Source: the human T2T-CHM13v2.0 reference genome, Homo sapiens. From it: a DNA stretch of 64,000 nt. Position 1 is the first letter of the stretch. Each line of letters opens with the position of its first letter. The notes beneath the pieces are model-generated. The model had not been told where the DNA came from, ran no database searches, and was given only the letters and a program-made list of their open reading frames with translations. Positions 1 to 16,810 of the stretch are shown piece by piece. Both the position numbers and the translations under genes were made by a program. Location of the stretch: NCBI RefSeq assembly GCF_009914755.1, contig NC_060934.1; one strand, 5' to 3'.

Positions 1-796
1 GGCAGAGGTAGCAGGGGAGTGAAGTGGGCTCTGTGAGGGTCCTTGGTTGGTTTTTGTTTAGTGCGCTGGTTTTGTGTTGGTTGGCCTCCAGCCAGGAGGG
101 AGCGCTTTCAAGAGAGCATCAGTTGCGGTCCTTTAGGGAAAATGCAAACTTGCCCTCAAGACACCTGGTTAAGTATTCAGGTTTCTCTGGCAGTGGGCAG
201 GGCCATAGAGCTCCCAAGAAATTATGACCTTTGTCTTTGGCTACCAGAGCAGGTAGAGAAAGACCACCAGGTGGGGGCAGGGATAGGTGTGTTTGAGCTC
301 ACCCTCTCCTCGGGCAGGGCTTTCTGGGGCTGCTGTTAGTGATTGGGGGTGTGGTTCCTAGTCCAATGGAGTAATATTCCCTGAAGAATTATGGCTGCCT
401 CTGCTGAGTCATACAGGTCATGAGGGAAGTGGGGGAAAGCCAGCAGTCACAGGTCTCACCCCACTCCCACGCAGCCCACAGTCCTAAAGGCCGGTCTCAC
501 TGCCACCGCATCCCCCCAACGGCACCAAGTCTATTTCCAGGCATCTGGTGGCCAGGACTGAGAACTCGCCCCAGACCACAAGCCTATTGAGAAAGCAAGC
601 AGACTCACAGTAGTTCGGCATCTCAGGGAGCCTGCAGCAGCGTTCCAGTTCCTTCAGGGGGTCTGTGGATTCTCTCTGCTTTCTTGGTATGCTCCTGAGG
701 TAGTTCTTGCAAAAGTTCACAGTGTGAGTCTCCACACACTGCCCTGTCCATCCGAGTGGGGGTTGCAAGCTAATCTTGCCTCCACCTCATCATCTT
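1..796 (-). mobile_element. 5'UTR of an older primate L1 (L1PB-like), continuing left of the window
   Basis: Resembles antisense L1PB-type 5'UTR and ends in CATCTT (reverse of the L1 start AAGATG). Confidence 0.55.
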
Positions 797-809
797 AATC
801 CTAGTGTCT

Positions 810-1052
810 GCATGCATGTGTCTTTAAGGTAGAATGATTTATATTCATCTGGGTATATACCTAGTAATGGGATTGCCAGGTCAAATGGTAGTTCTGCTTT
901 TAGCTCTTTGAGGAATCACCATACTGCTTTCCACAAGGATTGAACTAATTTACACTGCCACCAACAGTGTATAAGCATTCCCTTTTCTCCACAACCTCGC
1001 CAGCATCTGTTATTTCTTGACTTTTTAATATTAGCCATTCTGACTGGTTTGA
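810..1052 (-). mobile_element. L1 ORF2 3' fragment
   Basis: gggtatatacctagtaatgggattg...ccaccaacagtgtataagc...gccattctgactgg is antisense L1 ORF2 C-terminal sequence. Confidence 0.85.
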
Positions 1053-3665
1053 AGATTTCTTTTAGACAAGGGTTTCTCTGTGTGCTGTTTGTCCCTAGTT
1101 AACCCAGCATGTCCATGCAAAGAACTGTAGTGTCCCTGAGTAACTCTCATCCTCTTCTGTTTCTTCTTACCCAGCCTTCAATGTCAAAACTGATCCCAGC
1201 TCTTTCTCTAAGTCTGTTCCCCACATGTTGGCATTTAATGGTGATATTCTTTCCATTACACCCTAAGACCTCTCTAGAATTGAAGGACCATTTATCCTGT
1301 GCTTACAGTTGTAGCTAAAGGACGTTCTATGTAAGGACATTCTATGACATTCACTCTGATCACCACCTCCACTCGCCTATGAAATAAAGACCCCCTTAGG
1401 CCCCTTTCCTGGGATTCCATGGCCCAGCAGGATGGCATCACAGAGAGTTTTATTATGTTTTCCTGTGAAAATATCATTTGTGCAGAGTTTATTTATAGCT
1501 AACCTCCCTTTCAAAGTGTGAGGATCTACGTATTATAAGAACCACTTTATAAGTCAAGAAGCAAAAACAGAATCACAGCTTTTCAGCGAATTATCTAATA
1601 ATTGGAAAGACTTTGAAAACTTCTGTCCCATTTTCAAAAGGTCAGAGTGTAATTTTTTTTAAATGAATTGTTCCAATAAAGTAGCAGCTGTGTAGAATGA
1701 ATACCTTTTTCTATGCCCACTAAACTGTGATTCATATAAAAGCAAAGGTCTCTTGAACTAATGAATAGCTGTTAAAGTTAAAGATCTGTGCAGAGAATAA
1801 TGTGTAGGTGCAGTTCAGAGAGTCCTGGAATTATAGCCACACTATAATTGAACTCAGGGGTTACAAAAAGAGCTTTGAAGACCAATGATCTCTGTTTACT
1901 CATAGAACAATAAAAGTTAGTAAAAACCTATTTCCAATCATTCACTCTTCCCTCTGAACTAAAATTCCTTCCAGCACAGCACAGGACCTGTGGTGTGGGG
2001 AGCCTTCAGCCCAGATGCAAACTCCTCAAGCAACGAGCCCAGGTTTGTCAGGGGGGTTTTATGTTTTAGGGCTGAAGACCAGATTAGATAGTCAGAAATC
2101 CCAATCCTTCCTCCACCCCATTAATTCACTGTATAATAAAATACAGTTCCCTTTTTATCCATTTGCTCATCCATAAAATGTAGGCATGCGTCAGCCTCAC
2201 TTTTCACCGCTCATTTCTTTTGATATTGACCAATAAACCTCTATGCGTCTTACTGCCCGTGCCCACTCATTCAACGATTTCCAATCTGTGATCACAATGT
2301 GTTCAAACTCATAAAAGACATAGCAAAAATGCAGTGTACTTTATCCACTCTTTAACCAATTGCCAAGAACACAGAACCCTGAGAAAGGGAAACCATTTGT
2401 ATAATCAACAGTATTTTGCTTACAGTGGTCTTGAAAATATTTCAGAAAAAATCAAAATAAGAAGTGATTCTAGTGCCTTAGAGACTGCATCTCCTGAAAG
2501 CTCGCTACCAAAGATTTTGCTCAGGGTCAATATTTATTCAGCGAGCTCATTCAATAACCATTCTCCTTCCTTTACATCATTATCTAATAAGTTATATGTA
2601 AGTAAATTTAGGGTAAAAACTCACTTCCTGAAGCTTAGATTTAAACGTCTCTAACTCATTCTTTATTAACTACCTACACTTTAACAAAATAATTCTTAGA
2701 GGGTAAAGCTGAAATGCTCTGTTGTAGTGTTAAGGACACTATTAAGAAGAGACATAGTGTCTCATATTGCAGAATTTTGGAACTGGAAAGAGATCATCTA
2801 GTTTAAACTCCTCTTTCCACAGTGAGAGAACTAAAGAGTGGAGAGGTGATTAAGACGATCTCAGGGTCAGCCAGTAGTGACAGTACCAAGATGGGGACCC
2901 CGTTTCACTGAGCCTGTGACCTGTTCCTTTCACCACAGCCCTTTCTGATAGGCTATAAATGTATTCTTAAGTGATCTAAAATCATTTCCCTGGAGTTTTT
3001 CTATACCCAAGTGAATTCATTAAAAAAAAAAGATGATACAAGGCAATAGAAAACCTATTGTGTCCAACTCCTACACACACTACCCCCTCCCACACACATC
3101 ATAGAAAGCAAATTTCATCCTCTCCTGTTTATAATTGGGAGTTCATTCTTCTAGTTCCCAATCTCACAGAACAATTTCTGGCTCCCGGCAAGTTTGACGT
3201 AAATCCTGGAGCGTGTAATTGACACAGTGCGCTACAAGGATCAGAGAACTCAGTGGGATAATGGACAACGCGCCCACTAAGGGCAATGTGACTCATACAT
3301 TTAATCTACCAAGGAGGCTTGCCGCGTAGCACAGTTCCGTCCTGTTAAATGATTTTCTTCTCCTCCTTCAAAGCCCCACTCAGTGACGGTGCTTCCTAGG
3401 CAGCAGTTTTCCAACCACGTTATGATTTCACACTGATCCATTTCATGTCATAGCAACATAACGGGTGGGTGGGGGGGGGGGGTCCTTCTGAGTCACACCC
3501 AATTCCTCCTTATTTTGTCTTCTAGGAAGGTAGAAAATTTCAGGTCAGCATCTATCCAGCCATGACTCATATGCTTTTAAATGACCTGCGAGTTTTTTGA
3601 CAGGTGTTTTTCTATAATACTGAAAATGGATAGCACACATGCAGAATGGGAAGTCTGTTTGTCAG

Positions 3666-4037
3666 TGCTATGGTCTAAATGTTTGTGCTCCAACACCTCA
3701 AATTCATGTGTTGAACCCTAACTTCAAAGGGCTAGGATTAGGATGTATGGTAGTAGGGACCTTTGGGGGGTGACTAGGTCTTGGGGACAGAGGCCTCTTG
3801 AATGGATCAGAGCCTTTATAAATGAGGTCCAGAAAGCTCTCTTGCCTCTCCTGTCACGTGAGGACCCAGCGAAGGAACATCTCTATGAACCAGGAAGCCG
3901 ACCCTCACAGACACAGAATCTGCTGGTGCCTTGACCTTGGACTTCCCACCCTCCAGAACCGTGAGAAATCAATGTCTGTTAATTATAAGCCACGCATTTA
4001 TGGTATTTTGTTCTAGTAGCTCCAATGGACTAAGACA
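3666..4037 (+). mobile_element. MaLR solo LTR (MLT1A-like)
   Basis: tgctatggtctaaatgtttg ... gccttgaccttggacttccc...ccagaaccgtgag ... ggactaagaca. Confidence 0.8.
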
Positions 4038-4814
4038 GCTGGTAAATATTTGTTGAACTCCTGCTACATGCTAGATTGTGCTGCTACAGAAATCAGAAGA
4101 CATTTTCCATGGTCTCTAGAATTCACTCTCCACGGGAGGAAAGCTGAATCGAGTTTCTGCATAATAAGGATGACAATGAGGAATAAAGGAAGCAGAGAAG
4201 GAGTGTGTCTAGCAGAGAAGAGAAGGTCAGAGAACACATCCTTTTTACTGGGGAAACTGATATTTGAGCTAGTTTCCAATAATCAAGTAGAGAGGGAAGA
4301 CAACTTGTACAAAGTCATGGGGGAGGGCTTTGAACCTGCAGGAACCACATGTGTTCTGATATCTTGGAGGCTGAATGAGGAACAAGGAGTCCCAGGAAAT
4401 GAGGCAAGCCAGGTAAAAAGAGGTGAACTCCCCACTTCCTCTGTAGTCTCTCTACCCACAGAGCTCTTTGCCCCCATAGGCCAGGGATCACCCAGAATGT
4501 TTAGTTTGGTTGCTAAAAGTAGATTTCAGAATTTCTAGTCATCTTTGAAATTCAGCTCCCAGGCACTTACATTTTACACCTCTCCTTAGGACTGTGGGAA
4601 ATTCGTGTCTGGTTTTCTGAATATTGCCCTCAGGCTGAAAGCCTCTAAATTCTTGAAGTACAATCAACTGAGCACAGAAGGGGACACAAGAGGCATAATT
4701 GTCCCATTAAATGAAAAACTCTGGGCATTATCCAGCTCCTCTTAATAACAAGTGACTTCTCAATTGTCACTTGGAAAATGAAGGAACAGGAAGGAAGAGG
4801 AAAAGGAGAGAAGC

Positions 4815-5253
4815 TTTATTTATTATTTTTGTTTAATTTTTATTTTAAGTTCAGGGGCACATATGCAGGTTTGTTATACAGGTAAACTTGTGTCACAGGG
4901 GTTGGTTGTACAGATTATTTTATCACCCAGGTATTAAGCTTAGTACCCATTAGTTATTTTTCCTGATCATCTCCCTCCTCCCTCCCTCCACCCTCTGATA
5001 GGCCTCAGTGTGTGTTGTTCTCCTCTGTGTGTCCATGTATTCTCATCATTTAGCTCCCACTTATAAGTGAGAACATGCAGTATTTGGTTTTCTGTTCTTG
5101 CATTAGGTCACTTAGGATAATGACCTCCAGCTCCATCCATGTCACTGCAAATGACATGATCTCATTCTTTTTTATGGCTGCATAGTATTCCATGGTATTT
5201 TTGCATTTTATGGCTGCATAGTATTCCATAGTATTCAAAATATGTACCACATT
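4815..5253 (-). mobile_element. 5'-truncated older L1PA 3' end with an internal ~36-bp duplication
   Basis: ORF 5050..5250(-) contains TMEYYAAIK twice; antisense L1 3'UTR and T-rich tail. Confidence 0.88.
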
Positions 5254-5736
5254 TTGAAAAGATTTATTTTAAAAAATATCTTATTTCTTAAAACAGCTAG
5301 CCAGCCAGCATTATTTGGGGGCTTGTTTATGTGTTTTGTTTTAGCATCTTTGCATTTCCCTAAAAATATAGCGTATTTAAAGGTAAATGGGTGTTGGGGG
5401 GATAGGTCACAGAATTAAAAGTATGTGAATATTTTTCTGAGAATACTGGAATTTTAAAATCCTTGACAAGGGACTGCCTAAAAGGAATAGTTTTAAAATC
5501 CTGATATCTTTTCAGAACCAGGTAAGTCTTGTAACACCTTCTGGATGGAATATTTCAGTTGGGCTCAAAGGGTTCAGGTCTTCTTATATGGTAAATGTTG
5601 GGCATAGAAAGAATTGATGGAATTGTCCATAGTAAGAATGATGAATTCTGCAGGTTGGTGTCTTTATAGGACATGAGACACAGAATAACACCAACATCCA
5701 CCTGCAAGTCTCTTCTTTGCTATGCAATCATGCTTA

Positions 5737-5785
<49 letters not shown>

Positions 5786-5792
5786 CTCTCTC
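5737..5792. repeat. (CT)n microsatellite
   Basis: Direct reading. Confidence 0.95.
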
Positions 5793-6320
5793 CCTGTCTG
5801 TCTCCGTCTCTCCACCTCTTTCCGGTGGGTACTGCTTCGTGCCTAACTCTGGCTCAAATTTTAAAGGCAGTAATTAAGCCCTAGAAACTTCTGGTGCCAA
5901 AGCTGTTCTGCAGCATTGTTAGTGTACTGTAAATCACCATCCTCTCCCCTTGGGGCTCCTTCCCAGAAGCTGTCACAGGCAACTCCATGTTTATGGGAGA
6001 GTCTCTCGACACTTTATACTCATTGAGATAAAATTAAGTCAAAGAGCATTCAGTTAAAATGGCAGAGTAATGAAGTGAGCTCTATTCTGTCCCTCCATTT
6101 AAATTGCATCAAAGACTTTGGACTTGGGGGAGAAGGATGTTGGAGCCATTTTCTTCCTGAGCGGCTCTGCTGTACTGTAGGTACTGTGTGGCTAATTAGG
6201 TCATGGAAGACTGGAGACTTTGCCATCTCTTCGGAGTGGACTCAAAAAATACACAGGTTTTTCAGGGCTCTCATATCAGGCCAAAAAGTGTACAAGAATC
6301 CATCGAGCACCAGTGGAAAA

Positions 6321-6770
6321 ATACACAGCTCTGAAACCTGATCAGAGATACAGAGAGAAGAGAGCAGATGCAGAATAACACAGAGCCCTGATACCTGATC
6401 AGAGACGCGGAGAGGAGAGAGCAGATGTGGAACGACACACAGCCCTGACACCTGATCAGAAACGCGGAGAGGAGAGAGCAGATGTGGTATAATACACAGC
6501 CCTGATACCTGATCAGAGATGCAGAGAGGAGAGAGCAGATGTGGAACGACACACAGCCCTGATACCTGATCAGAGACGTGGAGAGGAGAGAGCAGATGTG
6601 GAATAAGACACAGCTCTGATACCTGATCAGAGATATGGAGAGAAGAAGGCAGATGTGGAATAAGACACAGCTCTGATACCTGATCAGAGATATGGAGAGA
6701 AGAAGGCAGATGTGGAATAAGACACAGCTCTGATACCTGAGCAGAGATGCAGAGAGAAGAGAGTAAATGT
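6321..6770. repeat. Minisatellite, 57-bp unit, ~8 copies
   Basis: Unit ~cagccctgatacctgatcagagacgcggagaggagagagcagatgtggaacgacaca; pattern shifts 3 nt per 60-nt line. Confidence 0.95.
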
Positions 6771-7615
6771 GGTTTTTGGTTTCTGGGAATTTACAGATTA
6801 GTGGGGAAACTACTTTAACAGCCAAGGGCACAGTAAACAAAAGGGATGCGATAGGGAATGACGCCGGATGCTTGGCTATAACTGGTATTAATAGAGAAAC
6901 TTTGAAACTGTGAAATTTTGATAGCTAAGAGAGATTATAGAAATGGTCTAGTCCACAGGTCTCACGCTTGTCATGGTGGTTTCTACTAGGAGTTTCCAAA
7001 TACATACCAGTGCTAAGGTTGCTGGGAGATGTTAATACAGCTTCATATTACACTGAAACTATTTTTTAATCTATCAGTTTCCATCTCCAGCCCTGCTGCC
7101 ATCCCTATTCATCTGTACAGATCCCTATGTGAGATTTCATCAATGCACTTTCCCAGGCGCATTGCATTTGTGCATGCATACATCACCCTCCATTAAAATG
7201 ATCACTGAATCACAAAAATTCTTTATGGCGTCTTGATGGCCGAATAGGAACAGCTCCGGTCTACAGCTCCGGTCTACAGCTCCCAGCGTGAGCGACGCAG
7301 AAGACGGGTGATTTCTGCATTTCCAGCTGAGCTTTGAAGAGAGCAGTGGTTCTCCCAGCACGCAGCTGGAGATCTGAGAACGGGCAGACTGCCTCCTCAA
7401 GTGGGTCCCTGACCCCTGACCCCCGAGCAGCCTAACTGGGAGGCACCCCCCAGCAGGGGCACACTGACACCTCACACAGCAGGGTATTCCAACAGACCTG
7501 CAGCTGAGGGTCCTGTCTGTTAGAAGGAAAACTAACAAACAGAAAGGACATCCACACCAAAAACCCATCTGTACATCACCATCATCAAAGACCAAAAGTA
7601 GATAAAACCACAAAG

Positions 7616-8632
7616 ATGAGGAAAAAACAGAAAAGAAAAACTGGAAACTCTAAAAAGCAGAGTGCCTCTCCTCCTCCAAAGGAACGCAGTTCCTCACCAG
7701 CAACGGGACAAAGCTGGATGAAGAATGACTTTGATGAGCTGAGAGAAGAAGGCGTCAGACGATCAAATTACTCTGAGCTACGGGAGGACATTCAAACCAA
7801 AGGCAAAGAAGTTGAAAACTTTGAAAAAAATTTAGAAGAATGTATAACTAGAATAACTAATACAGAGAAGTGCTTAAAGGAGCTGATGGAGCTGAAAACC
7901 AAGGCTCGAGAACTACGTGAAGAATGCAGAAGCCTCAGGAGCCGATGCGATCAACTGGAAGAAAGGGTATCAGCAATGGAAGATGAAATGAATGAAATGA
8001 AGTGAGAAGGGAAGTTTAGAGAAAAAGGAATAAAAAGAAATGAGCAAAGCCTCCAAGAAATATGGGACTGTGTGAAAAGACCAAATCTACGTCTGATTGG
8101 TGTACCTGAAAGTGATGGGGAGGATGGAACCAAGTTGGAAAACACTCTGCAGGATATTATCCAGGAGAACTTCCCCAATCTAGCAAGGCAGGCCAACGTT
8201 CAGATTCAGGAAATACAGAGAACGCCACAAAGATACTCCTCGAGAAGAGCAACTCCAAGACACATAATTGTCAGATTCACCAAAGTTGAAATGAAGGAAA
8301 AAATGTTAAGGGCAGCCAGAGAGAAAGGTCGGGTTACTCTCAAAGGGAAGCCCATCAGACTAACAGCGGATCTCTCGGCAGAAACCCTACAAGCCAGAAG
8401 AGAGTGGGGGCCAATATTCAACATTCTTAAAGAAAAGAATTTTCAACCCAGAATTTCATATCCAGCCAAACTAAGCTTCATAAGTGAAGGAGAAATAAAA
8501 TACTTTACAGACAAGCAAATGCTGAGAGATTTTGTCACCACCAGGCCTGCCTTACAAGAGCTCCTGAAGGAAGCACTAAACATGGAAAGGAACAACCGGT
8601 ACCAGCCGCTGCAAAATCATGCCAAAATGTAA
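7616..8632 (+). pseudogene. L1 ORF1p (338-codon span) with one premature stop
   Basis: ORFs 7616..8005 and 8072..8632 share a frame; TGA at 8003-8005 where the consensus has CGA (CpG decay). Confidence 0.93.
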
Positions 8633-8695
8633 AGACCATCAAGACTAGGAAGAAACTGCATCAACTAACGAGCAAAATCACCAGCTAACATCATC

Positions 8696-12521
<3,826 letters not shown>

Positions 12522-13514
12522 ACAATGAGATCACATGGACACAGGAAGGGGAATATCACACTCTGGGGACTGTGGTGGGGTGGGGGGAGGGGGGAGGGAT
12601 AGCATCGGGAGATATACCTAATGCTAGATGACGAGTTAGTGGGTGCAGCACACCAGCATGGCACATGTATACATATGTAAGTAACCTGCACAATGTGCAC
12701 ATGTACCCTAAAACTTAAAGTATAATAAAGAAAAAAAAAGAAAAAAAAATGATCACTGAATCCCAACCATGAGCTTCCCTCTTGTTCACATTCACCTGTG
12801 CTCACCCTTCCTCCTTGCCTGCTCAGCATGCCCTATCTCTTGCATTCCAACCTTCAACCTGGTATCCACCTTCTCAAATCACCTTCTTGACCTAGCAGCC
12901 TCCCACACACCCCAGAGGGGCCATCATCAGCTCTCTTCATCCGGATCTATTGTTCTGCTTATTCATTGACTTTGCCACCTCAGTATGCAGTCTTTGAGAA
13001 TCAGTACCTTCCATTTTTCATGAACTGTACAATCCGAGAGCATCAAACAATAGTAGCTGTTTACTGAATTACATTTTAAAAATAGTCCAGGATAAATGAT
13101 TTCTGAATTACAATCTTTAGCATTTTTCAGAGGTGCACACTTTATTTTAATTTGCTCCTTCTATCCACATGTCTTAGTTTAATTCTCAACAGTCCACTAA
13201 ACATTTATGCAAGACTCCCCTTCCAACAAATTGAGCATTCATTTTCATATACCTTGTATACATTAAAGGTAGTTTCCTGCTTTCATGCCTTTTAAGCATT
13301 ATAAAGATCGAGTAGAAAGTGGACATCTATGGGATATCCTGACAGTAGACATCTATGGGATATCATAACAGGGTCTGCTCTAGTTCTGCCAAGTTCTAGA
13401 AAACTCCATCATTCTGACTCTCCATTAGTCTTTGGTAACTGGCTCTGCATCTATCAGAAGGCACATGGAGTCTCCCTGATTAAGTTTCTGGGGTCTCTTT
13501 GATGCGTGTGCCTC

Positions 13515-13813
13515 TTTTTTTTTTTATTTTTGAGACAGGGTCTTGCTCTGTCGCCCAGGCTGGAGTGCATTGGCACAATCTTGGCTCACTGCACCCTCCA
13601 CCTCCTGGGTTCAAGCAATCCTCTTGCCTCAGCCTCCCTCGTAGCTGAAACTACAGGCATATGCCACCATGCCCAACTATTTTTGGTATTTTTAGTAGAG
13701 GTGGGGTTTCACTATGTTGGCCAGTCTCGTCTTGAAGTCCTGACCTCAGGTGATCCACCTGCCTCGGCCTCCTGAAGTGCTGTGATTACGGGCGTGAGCC
13801 ACCGCACCCCGCC
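13515..13813 (-). mobile_element. Alu (S-type)
   Basis: Full dimer with T-tail; degenerate TSD gatgc.tg.cct. Confidence 0.95.
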
Positions 13814-16307
13814 TGATGCTCGTACCTTTATCACTCATACTCTTGTCTCTGTCTAGAACTCCTTTTAGAGGGAATGTTTGGGAATTATTGCTATCCTTAG
13901 CACATTTACCCTCCTCTGGCACTTGGTACTTGCCTGAGCATTCCAGGCTTGCTTGACTACAAGGACATGGCCACTTGGTTTGCCCTGGTTCCGTGAGTGT
14001 TCCCTCTGGTATAGTCTTTCAGTCTCAGCCTCTTGTTGGTCTCTACATTCCAGAAGTTTCCTTTGGGTTGACATCCCATCTCTGTAAACATCATTTGACT
14101 CATTTTCATTAGGAGATGTGTAGTTGAAGAGCATAAGTTTCCAATTTCATATGAGGAGAAACTGAGATTTACACAAAGCTTTATAGGAAATAGTAATAAA
14201 GCTAGAGTTGGCTATTGCAAGATGATAATAAATAAAGACTGTTTGCCCACACCAGATGTTACCTGGTAGATCTGGGACATGAGCAGTTCACCAAATATGG
14301 CAATTCTAACTTACTCACATGAAGGAAAGAAGGCAATCTTCAACACTCACAAGGTTCGGACATTTCCCTACAGAGCTTTTATCAAATTTCTCACATCCTG
14401 ATTGATGTGAATTGTCCCTGGTTTGTGTCCTTTTAGTGTGGGGGAAAGTGATGAGCAGTGAAATCAACAAGGCAGCGACTTCAAAGACCAGAAGATGAGT
14501 GAGCTTCCTGAGTAATCAACAGTTGGCCAAGGATGTTGACCTCACAGTGAAGGTAGTTTTGAGAAAGAGAACACGACCAATGTTTAAAAGTCTCATTCCA
14601 CCTGCTCTTTAGATGGCTGTAAACTCCTAAAAGGCAGATCTGTGTGCTCTGCTTATGACATACTCTCATAACCCTGAGCTCAGGGGCTTATAAGTAGAGA
14701 ACATTCACCAAAGTATTGTTGAATAAAGAATGAATTAATATTATCATAGCTACCAGTACTGGATTTCCATATTATATCCCAGAGATAAACACAGTAAGAT
14801 GCAATCTTATTAAGATAATATCAAGGTTGTAAAAATATTTCTGGCAGAGCTAAATTTTTCTATTTCTTTAGGGCCAAGATTACTATGTACAGTAATAGGA
14901 TGAAAACAGATTAGGAAAATTCCCTGACATAAATAAGAGTTAGTAAAATGCAGAATGTTCAGTGAGGTGCACAGACATTTTAAAAGATTTATGTCATGGG
15001 TTGCCACCGTATTTTGATACTTCCCGATGGCATTTTATGTAAAAATTGAACTTTGAAAGAATTTTATAATTCATTTTAAAGTTAATTTTGTGCATTCATT
15101 ATTAACCAAGGAAGTATACAACTGTGATAAAATAGCTTGCTAACAGTAGCTACCCAGGGACTACACAAACTGTGTTGTATTATGCAGTTGTTCTTTTGCA
15201 TATTTCATTTACTCAGGGGGAAAATATTATAATTTGTAATTTCCATATTGCCAGATTGTTGTGCATTCTCCAATGATTACTGTCTCTATTTGTTTGGAAT
15301 CTGTCAATTTCTGCACAATTTCATAAGACAATTTGACTTCCCAAACACTGGAAGAATCTCGGAGGGCTGCATTTCAATTGAAAATAGAAAAGATCACAGT
15401 TATTGCTCAAGAATACCAACTCAGCATCATCATTTGTTACAGCACCTTCCCAGTCTATTTCTCTTTTCTCCCCTGAAGCTTAACTATTTGATTTCATCTT
15501 GGTACGACAACATTTTCAAAAATGTAATCGTAAATATTATTTATTTTAATGCTGAAATAAGAAATGTGGGAGATGCAGTTATTATAAGTTTGCTGTATGC
15601 TGCAATTGCCTTACAAATGTACCTAGATTTATGTAGGGATTAAATGCAGTAACTCTCTCGCAAGACTCAAAACAATTTCCACAGCATTTAATATATGAAT
15701 TGTATAAACAGTTTTCAAAAATTATTAAGTCAAAGAAATTCTATTTGGTCCTTGCCTGTACATTCTCCACACTTAACAACGTTCTCCTCAGCTCCCTTCC
15801 AGCCCAGCAACTAAAAGGTTCTAATACCGTTATACCGCTTTCACAGCGGCACATTTAATTTTGCTTTGCTTCATCAAGTTGTTCCTCAAATAGGTTTGCA
15901 ATTAGAGTGGATGTCATGTCAATCAGGAAAATCTGTTTGTTTAATTCTATCAAGTCAGCGAGTATTTATTGAATGCCTACTTGGAGCTGAGTGCTGAAAA
16001 TACTCTTTTCTGCAATATTCTGGGCTGCTGGCTCGCTGGATCCTTGAAGGATTTTTTTTTTTCAGGCTCCTTCTTCAAAGTCCTAGTTCTTTAAACCAGA
16101 GAGCAAAAATTAACAGAGTAGCTAAGGGAACTTTTTTCAGCTTCATTTTTCTTACCCATTAGAGTGGTTATTGCGAAATTTTCATGCATTCAACACTATG
16201 CATAGGCAACAAACATATGTAGCAGAAAATAATAATGATAAATATGTAAAACTTTAGAAGCAATCTACAAGATATATATATGCTAGTAGTGTGGTTTAAG
16301 ATCGTGT

Positions 16308-16810
<503 letters not shown>

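Noticed and set aside
5506-5527. tttcag-AACCAG-gtaagt microexon-like motif on the + strand
   Set aside because: No host transcript can be supported from sequence alone
6271-6840. 189-aa Cys/His repeat ORF resembling a zinc-finger array
   Set aside because: Product of a 57-bp minisatellite; lacks C2H2 spacing and TGEKP linkers
7140-7613. 157-aa antisense ORF across the spliced L1 5'UTR
   Set aside because: Chance fusion of L1 antisense frames created by the splice junction and the 13-bp duplication; it is not ORF0 (that region is deleted) and the antisense promoter is gone
13322-13364. 17-bp direct repeat gacatctatgggatatc
   Set aside because: Ordinary short slippage duplication with no other signal
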